64,000 nucleotides of DNA from positions 1,152,001 through 1,216,000 of the forward strand of contig OY970176.1 in the NCBI GenBank assembly GCA_963707955.1, written 5' to 3'. How positions within the stretch are numbered: the stretch's first letter is position 1; every line of letters begins with the position of its first letter. The translations under genes were made by a program, and so were the position numbers. Of this stretch, positions 10,122-18,374 are shown piece after piece. The notes beneath the pieces were generated by a model. The model saw nothing but the letters and a program-made list of their open reading frames with translations, made no database searches and was not told the origin of the DNA. Origin of the DNA: Candidatus Bathyarchaeota archaeon (GTDB lineage Archaea > Thermoproteota > Bathyarchaeia > Bathyarchaeales > Bathycorpusculaceae).

Positions 10122-10175
10122 CTTTAACCCTAATGCATTGACGGTAACATTAATAAATCTAATGTTCTACTTTCC
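10122..10175. repeat. Intergenic direct repeat A, copy 1
   Basis: TAATAAATCTAATGTTCTACTTTCC (10151-10175) is identical to 10802-10826; the 29 nt to its left match 10773-10801 at 21/29. Confidence 0.9.
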
Positions 10176-10263
10176 TTTCTAATGACACTCCTGTAAACCA
10201 TAGCGTGAAAAAGAAAGCCCGCCCTAAAAAATAGGAAGTTCTTTTTTCATTACCTCGCACGCG

Positions 10264-10656
10264 CTATTTCTTGGCAGCCTTGCTAAGGTATGCGCCTATT
10301 TGTTCTGTCTCTTTAGCAAAGGTCTCGTACGGATAGTGTTGACCATGGATCATAGCACTCCATCTAGAAGTGTAGCTGGCCAGAAATGCAATTTCTGCAA
10401 GTTCTTCCTTCGTGGCACCGTACATTTTGGCTGCGCTTATGTGGAAGAGCGCGCAGTATGGACACCTTATGTTTGCTGCAACTGCTAATCCCATCAGCTC
10501 CCTGTACTTTGCGGGTATCTTACTCTCCCCCAAGGTGTACTTTTTGAAAAGAGGCCAGTCATGTATAAGGACATCCTTTGGTAGAGCCTCCATGAAGCCA
10601 GGAACAAGACCGAGGCTTTTCTTAATGTCATTCAGCGTATCTTCATATTCTCCCAT
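10264..10656 (-). CDS. Carboxymuconolactone decarboxylase/AhpD-like protein
   Basis: KYRELMGLAVAANIRCPYCALFH..GAT.EE; SD GGAGGTGA before ATG 10656. Confidence 0.88.
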   Translation of the reverse strand: MGEYEDTLNDIKKSLGLVPGFMEALPKDVLIHDWPLFKKYTLGESKIPAKYRELMGLAVAANIRCPYCALFHISAAKMYGATKEELAEIAFLASYTSRWSAMIHGQHYPYETFAKETEQIGAYLSKAAKK

Positions 10657-10772
10657 TGATATCACCTCCGATCTTGAGTGATTTACAACTGATAACTCGC
10701 TTTTAGCCACCTATCGAACAGGAAGTATAATACTGAATTGCATATAGCACGGCCGGATTGCGCGCGCTATAG

Positions 10773-10826
10773 CGTTAACCTTAATGCTTTTTCAGTACCA
10801 CTAATAAATCTAATGTTCTACTTTCC
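10773..10826. repeat. Intergenic direct repeat A, copy 2
   Basis: See copy 1; preceded by GCGCGCGC at 10760-10767. Confidence 0.9.
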
Positions 10827-10855
10827 CGTTTAAACTCACACTCACGGATAGCACT

Positions 10856-10876
10856 TCTAGAAAAGGAAGAGCGCGC
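10856..10876. repeat. Intergenic direct repeat B, copy 1
   Basis: TCTAGAAAAGGAAGAGCGCGC, identical to 13557-13577. Confidence 0.88.
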
Positions 10877-10893
10877 GCTCTTCTAGCCAATCA

Positions 10894-11346
10894 TCACTTT
10901 TTCGTCGTGTATTTCTCTGACTCTTCCTGAAGTTCTTTCGTCCAATCCTTAGTAGGCATCGGACTGTTGATTTCGATAAGGTTTCCATCAGGGTCTCTCA
11001 GGTAAACCACTCGCATACCCCAATCTGGACGTTCTTGAAGCTCAGTAATGAATCCAATATTCCTTTCTTTTAACCTTTTGATGGTAGTGTCAAGGTCATC
11101 CACGGTGAATATCAATGCTATTCTGTCTTGGGCAACTGCACTCTCAGGAAGGTTGGACGTGCCTAAGGCTTTTGCTTGGGCTTCTCTCTTAAAAAGTGAA
11201 AGTTGGGCTCCTCCTTCTGAAACGTAGCTTGCATATGCACCCTTTTCTTCTCCCCACGTTACCCTCAAGCCCATGGCGTCTCTGTAGAAGCGGAAGCAAG
11301 CCTCAAAATCGACAACTAACAGTCTCACATGATCCAAATGTAACAT
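10894..11346 (-). CDS. VOC/glyoxalase family protein
   Basis: HVRLLVVDF..FYRD.MG, WG.R..YLRDPDGNLIEI. Confidence 0.9.
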   Translation of the reverse strand: MLHLDHVRLLVVDFEACFRFYRDAMGLRVTWGEEKGAYASYVSEGGAQLSLFKREAQAKALGTSNLPESAVAQDRIALIFTVDDLDTTIKRLKERNIGFITELQERPDWGMRVVYLRDPDGNLIEINSPMPTKDWTKELQEESEKYTTKK

Positions 11347-11439
11347 AGCTTAACTCCTCGGAAAAAACTTGTTTTTCACACATATAATTATTCCTCTAAC
11401 GAAGAAGAATTTTGTCAAAAAGTGGTTGTGGTTGGGGTA

Positions 11440-11740
11440 AAGTTTCTGAACATCATCAACATTTCTAGCGATGGCTGAATGATAAATATCAGACTCTTCA
11501 AACTCCACCAATTGTGTATAGATTAATGTGTTGGCAATGTTCTTATGTCCCAATAACGTCATTACATATAGAATGTCTTTAGTCCTATGATTTTGTCGCT
11601 TTCCAATGGCGAAATGTATGGAAATGGATCTTCAATAATCTTGGATTCCCAAGCTTCTTTGCAGAGCGTTTTCTCTGAGGGTTGAAATTGTTAAACATTG
11701 TTTGCCATGAATTGGCTCCAAAGACCTTATCGCTATCTCT
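11440..11740 (-). pseudogene. Tyrosine integrase/recombinase C-terminal relic, frameshifted and truncated at both ends
   Basis: Minus strand reads ..RKRSAKKLGNPRLLKIHFHTFRHWKAT(fs)HRTKDILYVMTLLGHKNIANTLIYTQL.., containing the HxxR, LLGH and catalytic Tyr motifs. Confidence 0.85.
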
Positions 11741-12087
11741 GCGCGCGCGCTAAAAGCCAAGAAGATCTATGAAGCAACCGACAAGCCGGCCACAAACTCA
11801 TACAAGAGGGACGAATATCCAAGCGACTCCTCAGAATCATCAGTCAACCACTCATTTCGAGACAGAAACGGCTGCGTTCCTGAGCTTTTGGAAAACGTGC
11901 GCTAACCAACCACTAGTTGACACGCAAGATTGAAATGCCCAAAATGGCCGCTTCCGGTTGTCATGAGGTCGGCGCACGCGCTCTTTTTGACGTGGGCATA
12001 TTTGGATCCAAATATCCATGGTACGTTGAAACCGAGGAGGGGCAGGTTCCTCAGCCTAGCAAAGACTTCTCAACCCACCAAAATCTA

Positions 12088-12112
12088 GGAGCCGGGGATG
12101 GGAGTTGAATCC
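12088..12112 (-). mobile_element. tRNA 3'-end fragment (T-loop and acceptor strand, tRNA-Cys-like), probable att-site relic
   Basis: GGATTCAACTCCCATCCCCGGCTCC on the minus strand; no matching 5' acceptor strand GCCGGGG upstream; about 350 bp from the integrase relic on the same strand. Confidence 0.6.
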
Positions 12113-12247
12113 TAGGCTAATGGAGACATCACCCGCCCACTCTGCCGTTTCTCTCTGCATCAATGTATTCTGGCCACTTTGCACTAACATGTGCGACCCA
12201 CCGTCAAACCAGCCCGGTTTAACTGGCATCGTCCGACTATGGACCCG

Positions 12248-12289
12248 ATAAATCTAATGTTCCATTCCAAACACTTAACTTCACACTCA
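12248..12289. repeat. Intergenic repeat A, degenerate copy 3
   Basis: ATAAATCTAATGTTC (12248-12262) plus downstream TCACACTCA, which is also present after copy 2. Confidence 0.7.
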
Positions 12290-12336
12290 AATTGAACTCA
12301 AAGCGTGCGCTTTCATCTTCACCGTCAATACGGGCG

Positions 12337-13317
12337 CTATTGAAATTCTGCCACCATCGCATCCATTACAAGAACCTCTCTGAATCCTAAATTCTTCACT
12401 GTTTCTATGAGTTCTTGCCTTGCTGTAGGAGCCGCTAGGCGAATTCTTCTTACGCCGCCTTCGGCAATTTCGTTGTTTGCTGCTTCTATGAGTAGTTTCT
12501 CGATGCCGAGCGACCTGTCTTCAGAGTTTACCTGTATAGAACCGATACGGCCTGCTTCTTTGGCCGTGGTGTACGATGCCTCAGCATACCCAACTATCCT
12601 GCTACCCAGCACAGCAACCAGCTTCTTCTGAGTCGCGAAACCGAATATCCGCTGTAGGAATGGTGTTTTCAAGTCTTTCTTCGTGAAATCGAAGATCCTT
12701 AGGCTGTTCGGGTCTTCTGAGGCTTCTATTAGGTTGTAGACCTCGTCCAAGTCATCTTTCTGGAATTCTCTGATTTTGACTCCGGAGGCGTTTTCTGGCG
12801 CACGCATGGAATTTGTCTCTCTGACGAAATAGGCCAAATGCTCAAATGTTTTGAACCCCAGCTTGACGTAGACGCTTTTTGCAGAGTCATTCGTAGAATC
12901 TACGTGAAGGACTGCTCTCGCCTTTTTTCTTCTTCGAATGTAGTTGAGGGCATTTGTCATTAGTGTGGTCGCGATTCCTTTTCTTCTGTAGTCTGGGTGC
13001 ACCATGACTGATGATATGTAGCCGGATTTTCCTCGGTTATTGATGATTGTTGTGCCGACAATTTTGCCGTCTGCTTCTGCAACGAGAAACTTTGCTGGTT
13101 CTTTTCCACTGAGCCGCAGCAGCCCTAGGATGAGCGTGCCAGTTCTTCCGAATGCGCGATTGACCATGTCAGCTACATGATCTGGATCAAAGCCTGAAAT
13201 CTCGAACTCCTTGGCAAAACACATTGTAAAAAGACCCAGCAAATCACTCAAATCAGACTTGCGGAGGTCTCTAATCAGAATGTGGCCATTCGTTTTGTCG
13301 AGTTCTGTGTTTTCCAT
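12337..13317 (-). CDS. Tandem GNAT acetyltransferase
   Basis: FLVAEADGKIVG, VHPDYRRKGIAT acetyl-CoA motif, N..A..VY.KLGF, second degenerate GNAT domain; start taken at ATG 13317. Confidence 0.88.
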   Translation of the reverse strand: MENTELDKTNGHILIRDLRKSDLSDLLGLFTMCFAKEFEISGFDPDHVADMVNRAFGRTGTLILGLLRLSGKEPAKFLVAEADGKIVGTTIINNRGKSGYISSVMVHPDYRRKGIATTLMTNALNYIRRRKKARAVLHVDSTNDSAKSVYVKLGFKTFEHLAYFVRETNSMRAPENASGVKIREFQKDDLDEVYNLIEASEDPNSLRIFDFTKKDLKTPFLQRIFGFATQKKLVAVLGSRIVGYAEASYTTAKEAGRIGSIQVNSEDRSLGIEKLLIEAANNEIAEGGVRRIRLAAPTARQELIETVKNLGFREVLVMDAMVAEFQ

Positions 13318-13556
13318 ATCCGAAGCTTCCAATATCTGTATCCTCGATTTCGATGTATTTGAAATTTTTCCACAGTTATTATCATGGCGCATGAGGAAAA
13401 TCCGCGCGCATTCACTTTCTTAGACACAGTAATCAACATAGCCCAAACGACTGGTCACTACCCTAGGTGTTCTGTGCAAAGTGATCAATCCAAGATTCGC
13501 AGAGCGAGGAGCAATTTTGAACGAATGGGCAAGAGATAACAACTCAAAGCGCATGC

Positions 13557-13577
13557 TCTAGAAAAGGAAGAGCGCGC
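13557..13577. repeat. Intergenic direct repeat B, copy 2
   Basis: Identical to 10856-10876; the adjacent AACTCAAAGCG (13541-13551) also occurs at 12295-12305. Confidence 0.88.
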
Positions 13578-13619
13578 ATTACGCTTATTAGTGAGCAATT
13601 TTGAGAGGTCTAGCACACG

Positions 13620-14375
13620 GTGCACTCAAGGAGCTTAACCGCAATGGGAACAGCTGAAGAAGAAAACGTTGACGAAGTCAATTACAAGCATGAAATCAAA
13701 GTCACCAAGAATGGCCCATACCTTGTTTCTGGCAAACTCCCCATATCCGAACAAATAATCATCGTCAACAAGGATAGGGTTCCGGTCGAATGGCGTTCGG
13801 GCAAGAAATATCCTTTGCAGGAAAAATGCGGTCTTTGCCGATGTGGAGAATCAAAAAACAGACCTTTCTGTGATGGAACACATACAAAAATCGGTTTTGA
13901 TGGTACTGAGCGGGCCAGCAGTGAACCCTACCTGAAACAGGCAAAAATCATACAGGGCCCAACGCTTAAGCTAACCGACGTTGTGGATCTTTGTGCCTCT
14001 GCGCGTTTCTGTCATAGAGCAGGCGAAATTTGGAACCTTATTCCAAAATCAGATGACATGGACGCTAAACGTGCGGCAATCGAAGAAGCAGGAGACTGCC
14101 CGTCAGGTCGCCTTGTGATTTGGAACAAGAAAACAGGGGAGGCAATTGAACCAAAATTGGAAAAATCAATCGGGTTAATTGAAGACCCTCAGATGGAGTG
14201 CAGTGGTCCGATTTGGGTACGAGGAGGCATCCCGATTAGGTCTGTAGATGGAAAAATCTATGAAGTTCGCAATCGCGTTACTCTCTGTCGCTGCGGCAAG
14301 TCCTCCATCAAACCATTTTGTGATAGCAGTCACTTCCCTGAGCATCGCTACGAAGAAATGATGTCTCGTAAGTAA
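13620..14375 (+). CDS. CDGSH iron-sulfur domain protein (two CDGSH domains flanking a ferredoxin-like domain)
   Basis: LCRCGESKNRPFCDGTH and LCRCGKSSIKPFCDSSH; central CASARFC...CPSGRL. Real start probably the internal ATG (MGTAEE). Confidence 0.9.
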   Translation: MHSRSLTAMGTAEEENVDEVNYKHEIKVTKNGPYLVSGKLPISEQIIIVNKDRVPVEWRSGKKYPLQEKCGLCRCGESKNRPFCDGTHTKIGFDGTERASSEPYLKQAKIIQGPTLKLTDVVDLCASARFCHRAGEIWNLIPKSDDMDAKRAAIEEAGDCPSGRLVIWNKKTGEAIEPKLEKSIGLIEDPQMECSGPIWVRGGIPIRSVDGKIYEVRNRVTLCRCGKSSIKPFCDSSHFPEHRYEEMMSRK

Positions 14376-14487
14376 AATCAACATGATCCTATATTTTGTA
14401 GCGCGCAGTGAGAAAAACAGAGAGCCACCTACTGTCATATTTTTCGCACCAAGTATTCGAGGTAATGCTAGTAAGCTTCAACATTGA

Positions 14488-14919
14488 TTACATTAGTCCT
14501 AGCTGTTTCATCATTCCGACTACGTCGTAGAAAAGGCGTTCCTCTTTGATTTCGTTGTTTTTCCAAGTGGCAACGGTGCAGAACTCGAGCTTAGCCGTTT
14601 TGTGCGTAGGTTGAACGATTTTTCCATCTGGCCCTTTCATTGGTCCTATCATGGTTGCTGTCCAGTCAGCGACAGAACAAGTGTAGTTGCCATCGCCGAA
14701 AAGAATTTTGTAAGGATTATTAACCAGCTTATTATCAAATGTTTTGAAGAATTCGACAGATTCCTTGTAATGTGCTTCTCGACCTCTCGTCGGTTCCGGC
14801 TGACCAGGCCAGTAAACTGCGACGTTTGCTGCGTGGCGTTTCTTGAATGTCTCCCAATCCTGATTGTTCCAAGCATCATCCAAAGTCATCATCAATTTCA
14901 TGTTTTCCTTCACACCCAT
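14488..14919 (-). CDS. SnoaL-like/ester cyclase (NTF2-fold) protein
   Basis: DDAWNNQDW, WPGQPEPTRGR, QPTHK, FCTVATW..I.EE.LFYD; SD GAGGTGA upstream. Confidence 0.85.
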   Translation of the reverse strand: MGVKENMKLMMTLDDAWNNQDWETFKKRHAANVAVYWPGQPEPTRGREAHYKESVEFFKTFDNKLVNNPYKILFGDGNYTCSVADWTATMIGPMKGPDGKIVQPTHKTAKLEFCTVATWKNNEIKEERLFYDVVGMMKQLGLM

Positions 14920-15007
14920 CACAATCACCTCAACAGTCCGAAGTCATTGCTAGGATAATAAAATTGCGAAAGCTGCTAAGGAAAGCGCGCCAAAAAATGA
15001 GAAAAAT

Positions 15008-15346
15008 CTACGGATTCTTTGTGAGTTCTGATAGTTGTTTTTTGGTTAACCCAACCCCAGGCTCGGCATCAAGCCTCTTGTGCACCTTTCCTTTTTTGAA
15101 AAGAAGCACAGTGGGGTAGTACTCAATCGCGTATTCCTCACACAAATCTGGTCTTTCATCAACTATGACGCGCATGCACTCTTGCGGATTGCCTCTGGCG
15201 TACTCTTCAAATACTGGTAGGAACCTTTGGGAAAATGGGCACCAAGTAGTGTAGAAGAGGACAAAAGCCCTGTCCTTGTTTTCTATTTCTCTCCCTAGAC
15301 TGCTACTTCTGGAGACTTCTATTTTACGCTTTTCAGCTTTGCTCAT
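15008..15346 (-). CDS. Thioredoxin-fold protein with CxxS active site
   Basis: VLFYTTWCPFS, cis-Pro motif YYPTVLLFKKG. Confidence 0.85.
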   Translation of the reverse strand: MSKAEKRKIEVSRSSSLGREIENKDRAFVLFYTTWCPFSQRFLPVFEEYARGNPQECMRVIVDERPDLCEEYAIEYYPTVLLFKKGKVHKRLDAEPGVGLTKKQLSELTKNP

Positions 15347-15692
15347 TCATCTTTCACCCCTCTTTTATATCGCGTCTTAGCCTGTATACCAGCAACCATT
15401 AAAGTTTTTCGCGTTTTGAAAGCACGCATGCTAAAATACAATCTTGGGTTCATGCAGCAACCTGCCCAGCGCGCGCTATCCCAGTTGGACCGCGTCTTGA
15501 TCAATGTTTACTTCCGATTAAGCCCGCGTATGATTTCTTTTCTAGGTAATCGTAATACCTCATAATGTTCTGGCGTTAACATAAATGCATTCAATGTTGA
15601 CGGTTTGGCAGCCTTGCGGAATTTTTAATATTAGGTGGCGGCCTACAAGTGGTAAGTACAGAAGGAAATGTCTAGCAAGCGGATGAAGACAG

Positions 15693-16592
15693 ATGAGCTA
15701 TCGTGAGGTTTTTGTTTCGCCTTCAAACATCTTTAGCGGTTTTCAAAAACCATTCGGCAAAGCAGACTATGCAATACTGGGAGTGCCGTTTGACGTTACG
15801 AGTACATACCGCACTGGAGCCAGGTTTGGACCCATCGCAATTCGGCAAGCGTCGCTTAACATAGAAACCTACAGTTTTCGCACGGGCGTAGATGTAGAAG
15901 ACCTGAGTCTCCACGATCTGGGTGATTTGCATGTGTCTTCTGACACAGCGAAAACCTTGGAAATGCTCGAGCTTGTCATTAGGGACATCCTGAAAACGGG
16001 GAAGGTTCCTGTAACGATTGGCGGGGAACACACCATAACTTTTGGCATAGCAAAAGGCCTTGCAAAAATGGCTTCCACAACAGCAATAGTAAGCTTCGAC
16101 GCCCACCTTGACATGCGTAACGAGTTCTTAGGACTAAAAATGTCGCACACAACCTTCATGCGCAGAATAAATGAAGAAGTGAGACCCGCAAAAATCGTCG
16201 AGGTCGGCACACGGGCAGTCTGCAGAGAAGAGCTAAGGTACGCAAGAAAGGCAGGAATAGAGTTTTTGACGACGCAACAGATCAGAAAAGAAGGAACCAA
16301 ACGCACAATAAAACAGCTGGAGGAAACGCTGGCGAACCACAAGCACATCTACCTATCGGTCGACATGGACATACTTGACCCGGCTTTCGTGCCTGCCGTA
16401 CAGAACCCAGAGGCTGACGGTTTAGAAATGCACTCTCTGCTTGACATTCTGGCAGGCGTATGTGATAAGCGTGTAGTCGGCTTTGATGTCCTAGAGATAG
16501 CGCCTGACTACGATCGAGGAGTCTCAGCGATCCAGACAGCAAAAGTCATTTTCGAAATGCTTTGCCAAATAGAAAAGTCAAGGACAGCCTAG
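15693..16592 (+). CDS. speB: Agmatinase
   Basis: GARFGP, GGEHTIT, FDAHLD, SVDMDILDPAF ureohydrolase motifs. Confidence 0.93.
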   Translation: MSYREVFVSPSNIFSGFQKPFGKADYAILGVPFDVTSTYRTGARFGPIAIRQASLNIETYSFRTGVDVEDLSLHDLGDLHVSSDTAKTLEMLELVIRDILKTGKVPVTIGGEHTITFGIAKGLAKMASTTAIVSFDAHLDMRNEFLGLKMSHTTFMRRINEEVRPAKIVEVGTRAVCREELRYARKAGIEFLTTQQIRKEGTKRTIKQLEETLANHKHIYLSVDMDILDPAFVPAVQNPEADGLEMHSLLDILAGVCDKRVVGFDVLEIAPDYDRGVSAIQTAKVIFEMLCQIEKSRTA

Positions 16593-16797
16593 TCGCAAAT
16601 CAAAGAAGTCAAAGAGTGCCTCGACGAGAAGTCGGAGGATACGAAAGGAGACCTATGCCAAGAAGGATTACCCTCAAGAACTATTCGACAGAATACTTGA
16701 ATATGAGCTTGCTTTTGTTTAAGAAGCCCGATGCCCCGACATTAGCAGAACGCTTCTGGGAAGGAACACGCAAGCTAAGCCTTTTTCAATGAGTTCT

Positions 16798-18171
16798 TCA
16801 ATCCTTGCTTTTCACAAGCTTCGCTATGAACAGACCGCTGCACTGATGAATGTGCGGATACAGTCTCTGGCACTTGTCAAGTCCTCTTAAGCCTCCTAAG
16901 CCTATTCTCGGCAGTATTTCGGTCAGCGAAAACTCAGGATGACATTTCAGAAACCTTTCAATGAGCATCTCATTTTCTTCAACTGTTATGCTGAATGTGG
17001 AATAGACCAATGCGCCCTCAGGCCTGACGTATTGCGAGCAGTTGTCCAACATCTCCCATTGAATTTGAGCCATTCTGTCCACGGAACTTGGCGTCAGCCT
17101 CCATTTGAACGAGGGCAGTCTACCAAAGATGCCTGTTGCTGTGCACGGTGGGTCCAACACCACCAGGTCTGCTTCTACGTCGAAAGGCAATGGGCTGCGA
17201 GCATCAGCGATGATTGGCTCGGCAATCTTCACGCCCATGCGCTTCACCTCGCTCTTCCAAGAGACCATTCTGCGCCTAGAATAGTCCACAGAAAGGATAC
17301 GGCCATCGTTTTGCATCAGCTGCCCCAAGTATGTCGTCTTTCCTCCGGGAGCGGAACAGACGTCCAAGACGGTCATACTTGGAGCTGGATTTGCCGCTTC
17401 AGCTGCAAAAGAGCTTGCTTTGTCCTGGATGTAAACAAGGCCTTCTTTGAAGCAGGAGGTTTCTGTTATGGGTTGTCTTGCATTCTTGACCTCGTACGCG
17501 AACATTAAATCTTTAACTTTATGAGCTTCAACTCCGTCTTCAGCGAACTTCTTCAGAATTCCATCTTGTTCAGAATTAAGCGTGTTTAACCTTACGTAAG
17601 TTGGCATGGGCGATCTGTTCGATTCCAGCATCGCTATGGCGTCTCTTCTACCAAAAAGTCTGAAACAGTATTCGACAAACCATGTCTGATGAAAAGTGCA
17701 CAGTGCGACTCGAGCTTCATCATTTTTCTGCTCTAAGACCACCTCAGGTCTTTGCGTTAGCAGCATGCCTAGAAAAGGCTCGATGGATCGCAAGGTTTTC
17801 CATCCTAGAACGGAGCGTGCCAGTTTGACTATGTTTTCAGCCTCTTCAACGTCAATTTCAGACCAGTGCTTCGCTATTCTCGTTTGATACACGTAAAGCC
17901 TCAGGAAAGCTTGAACGCCAAGGTTGAATTGACCTAGGTCTGCAGGCTTAATAGCGTTGTTTACAAAAGCATCTATGAAGTTCTGTCTCCGAACAGTTTC
18001 GTACACAAGCAAGCGAGCAAGTCGGACAGCATCTGGATCTCGCATTCTCAGCTGGTTAACGGTCCTCGCCAAAGCTGAAGGTTCACTCAGCCTTCGCATT
18101 TGCATCCAGCTGAGAGTCTCAATCGCAACCGCCCAAGCTTCCCTGAGCAAAGTGTCCACACAGTCGGACAT
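16798..18171 (-). CDS. RsmB/Fmu/NOP2-family RNA m5C methyltransferase with NusB-like N-terminus; catalytic motif VI Cys replaced by Phe
   Basis: QDKASS, LDVCSAPGGKT, LDPPCT, LVYSTFS (canonical TCS), EENE. Confidence 0.88.
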   Translation of the reverse strand: MSDCVDTLLREAWAVAIETLSWMQMRRLSEPSALARTVNQLRMRDPDAVRLARLLVYETVRRQNFIDAFVNNAIKPADLGQFNLGVQAFLRLYVYQTRIAKHWSEIDVEEAENIVKLARSVLGWKTLRSIEPFLGMLLTQRPEVVLEQKNDEARVALCTFHQTWFVEYCFRLFGRRDAIAMLESNRSPMPTYVRLNTLNSEQDGILKKFAEDGVEAHKVKDLMFAYEVKNARQPITETSCFKEGLVYIQDKASSFAAEAANPAPSMTVLDVCSAPGGKTTYLGQLMQNDGRILSVDYSRRRMVSWKSEVKRMGVKIAEPIIADARSPLPFDVEADLVVLDPPCTATGIFGRLPSFKWRLTPSSVDRMAQIQWEMLDNCSQYVRPEGALVYSTFSITVEENEMLIERFLKCHPEFSLTEILPRIGLGGLRGLDKCQRLYPHIHQCSGLFIAKLVKSKD

Positions 18172-18374
18172 ATGTAAGGTTCTACATAAAAATTGAAGGC
18201 ATTCCGCGTCCAGCTTGAAATTAATGTCCTTAAAGAACAGGCGCTTGACCGTTGCTGAGGCTATCGGCGAAGCTAAAAACTATTCCAATTATGAGAGACG
18301 ACGTGGTCAACAGCATCTGAGGACAAGAGATTTTAAGCAATCCAATCCATAAAAGCATTCAGGTCAAGACCTAG

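Noticed and set aside
11440-11740. Integron integrase IntI
   Set aside because: The fragment resembles generic archaeal integrases; no IntI-specific insertion is visible and I recognised no attC structures.
12088-12250. Complete, possibly intron-containing tRNA on the minus strand
   Set aside because: Only the 3' ~22-25 nt fit. There is no complementary 5' acceptor strand and the T-stem 5' side is degenerate; GGCAGAGTGG looks D-arm-like but no cloverleaf can be built.
10122-12290. CRISPR array from repeat A
   Set aside because: Copies are hundreds of bp apart with whole genes between them; no cas genes.
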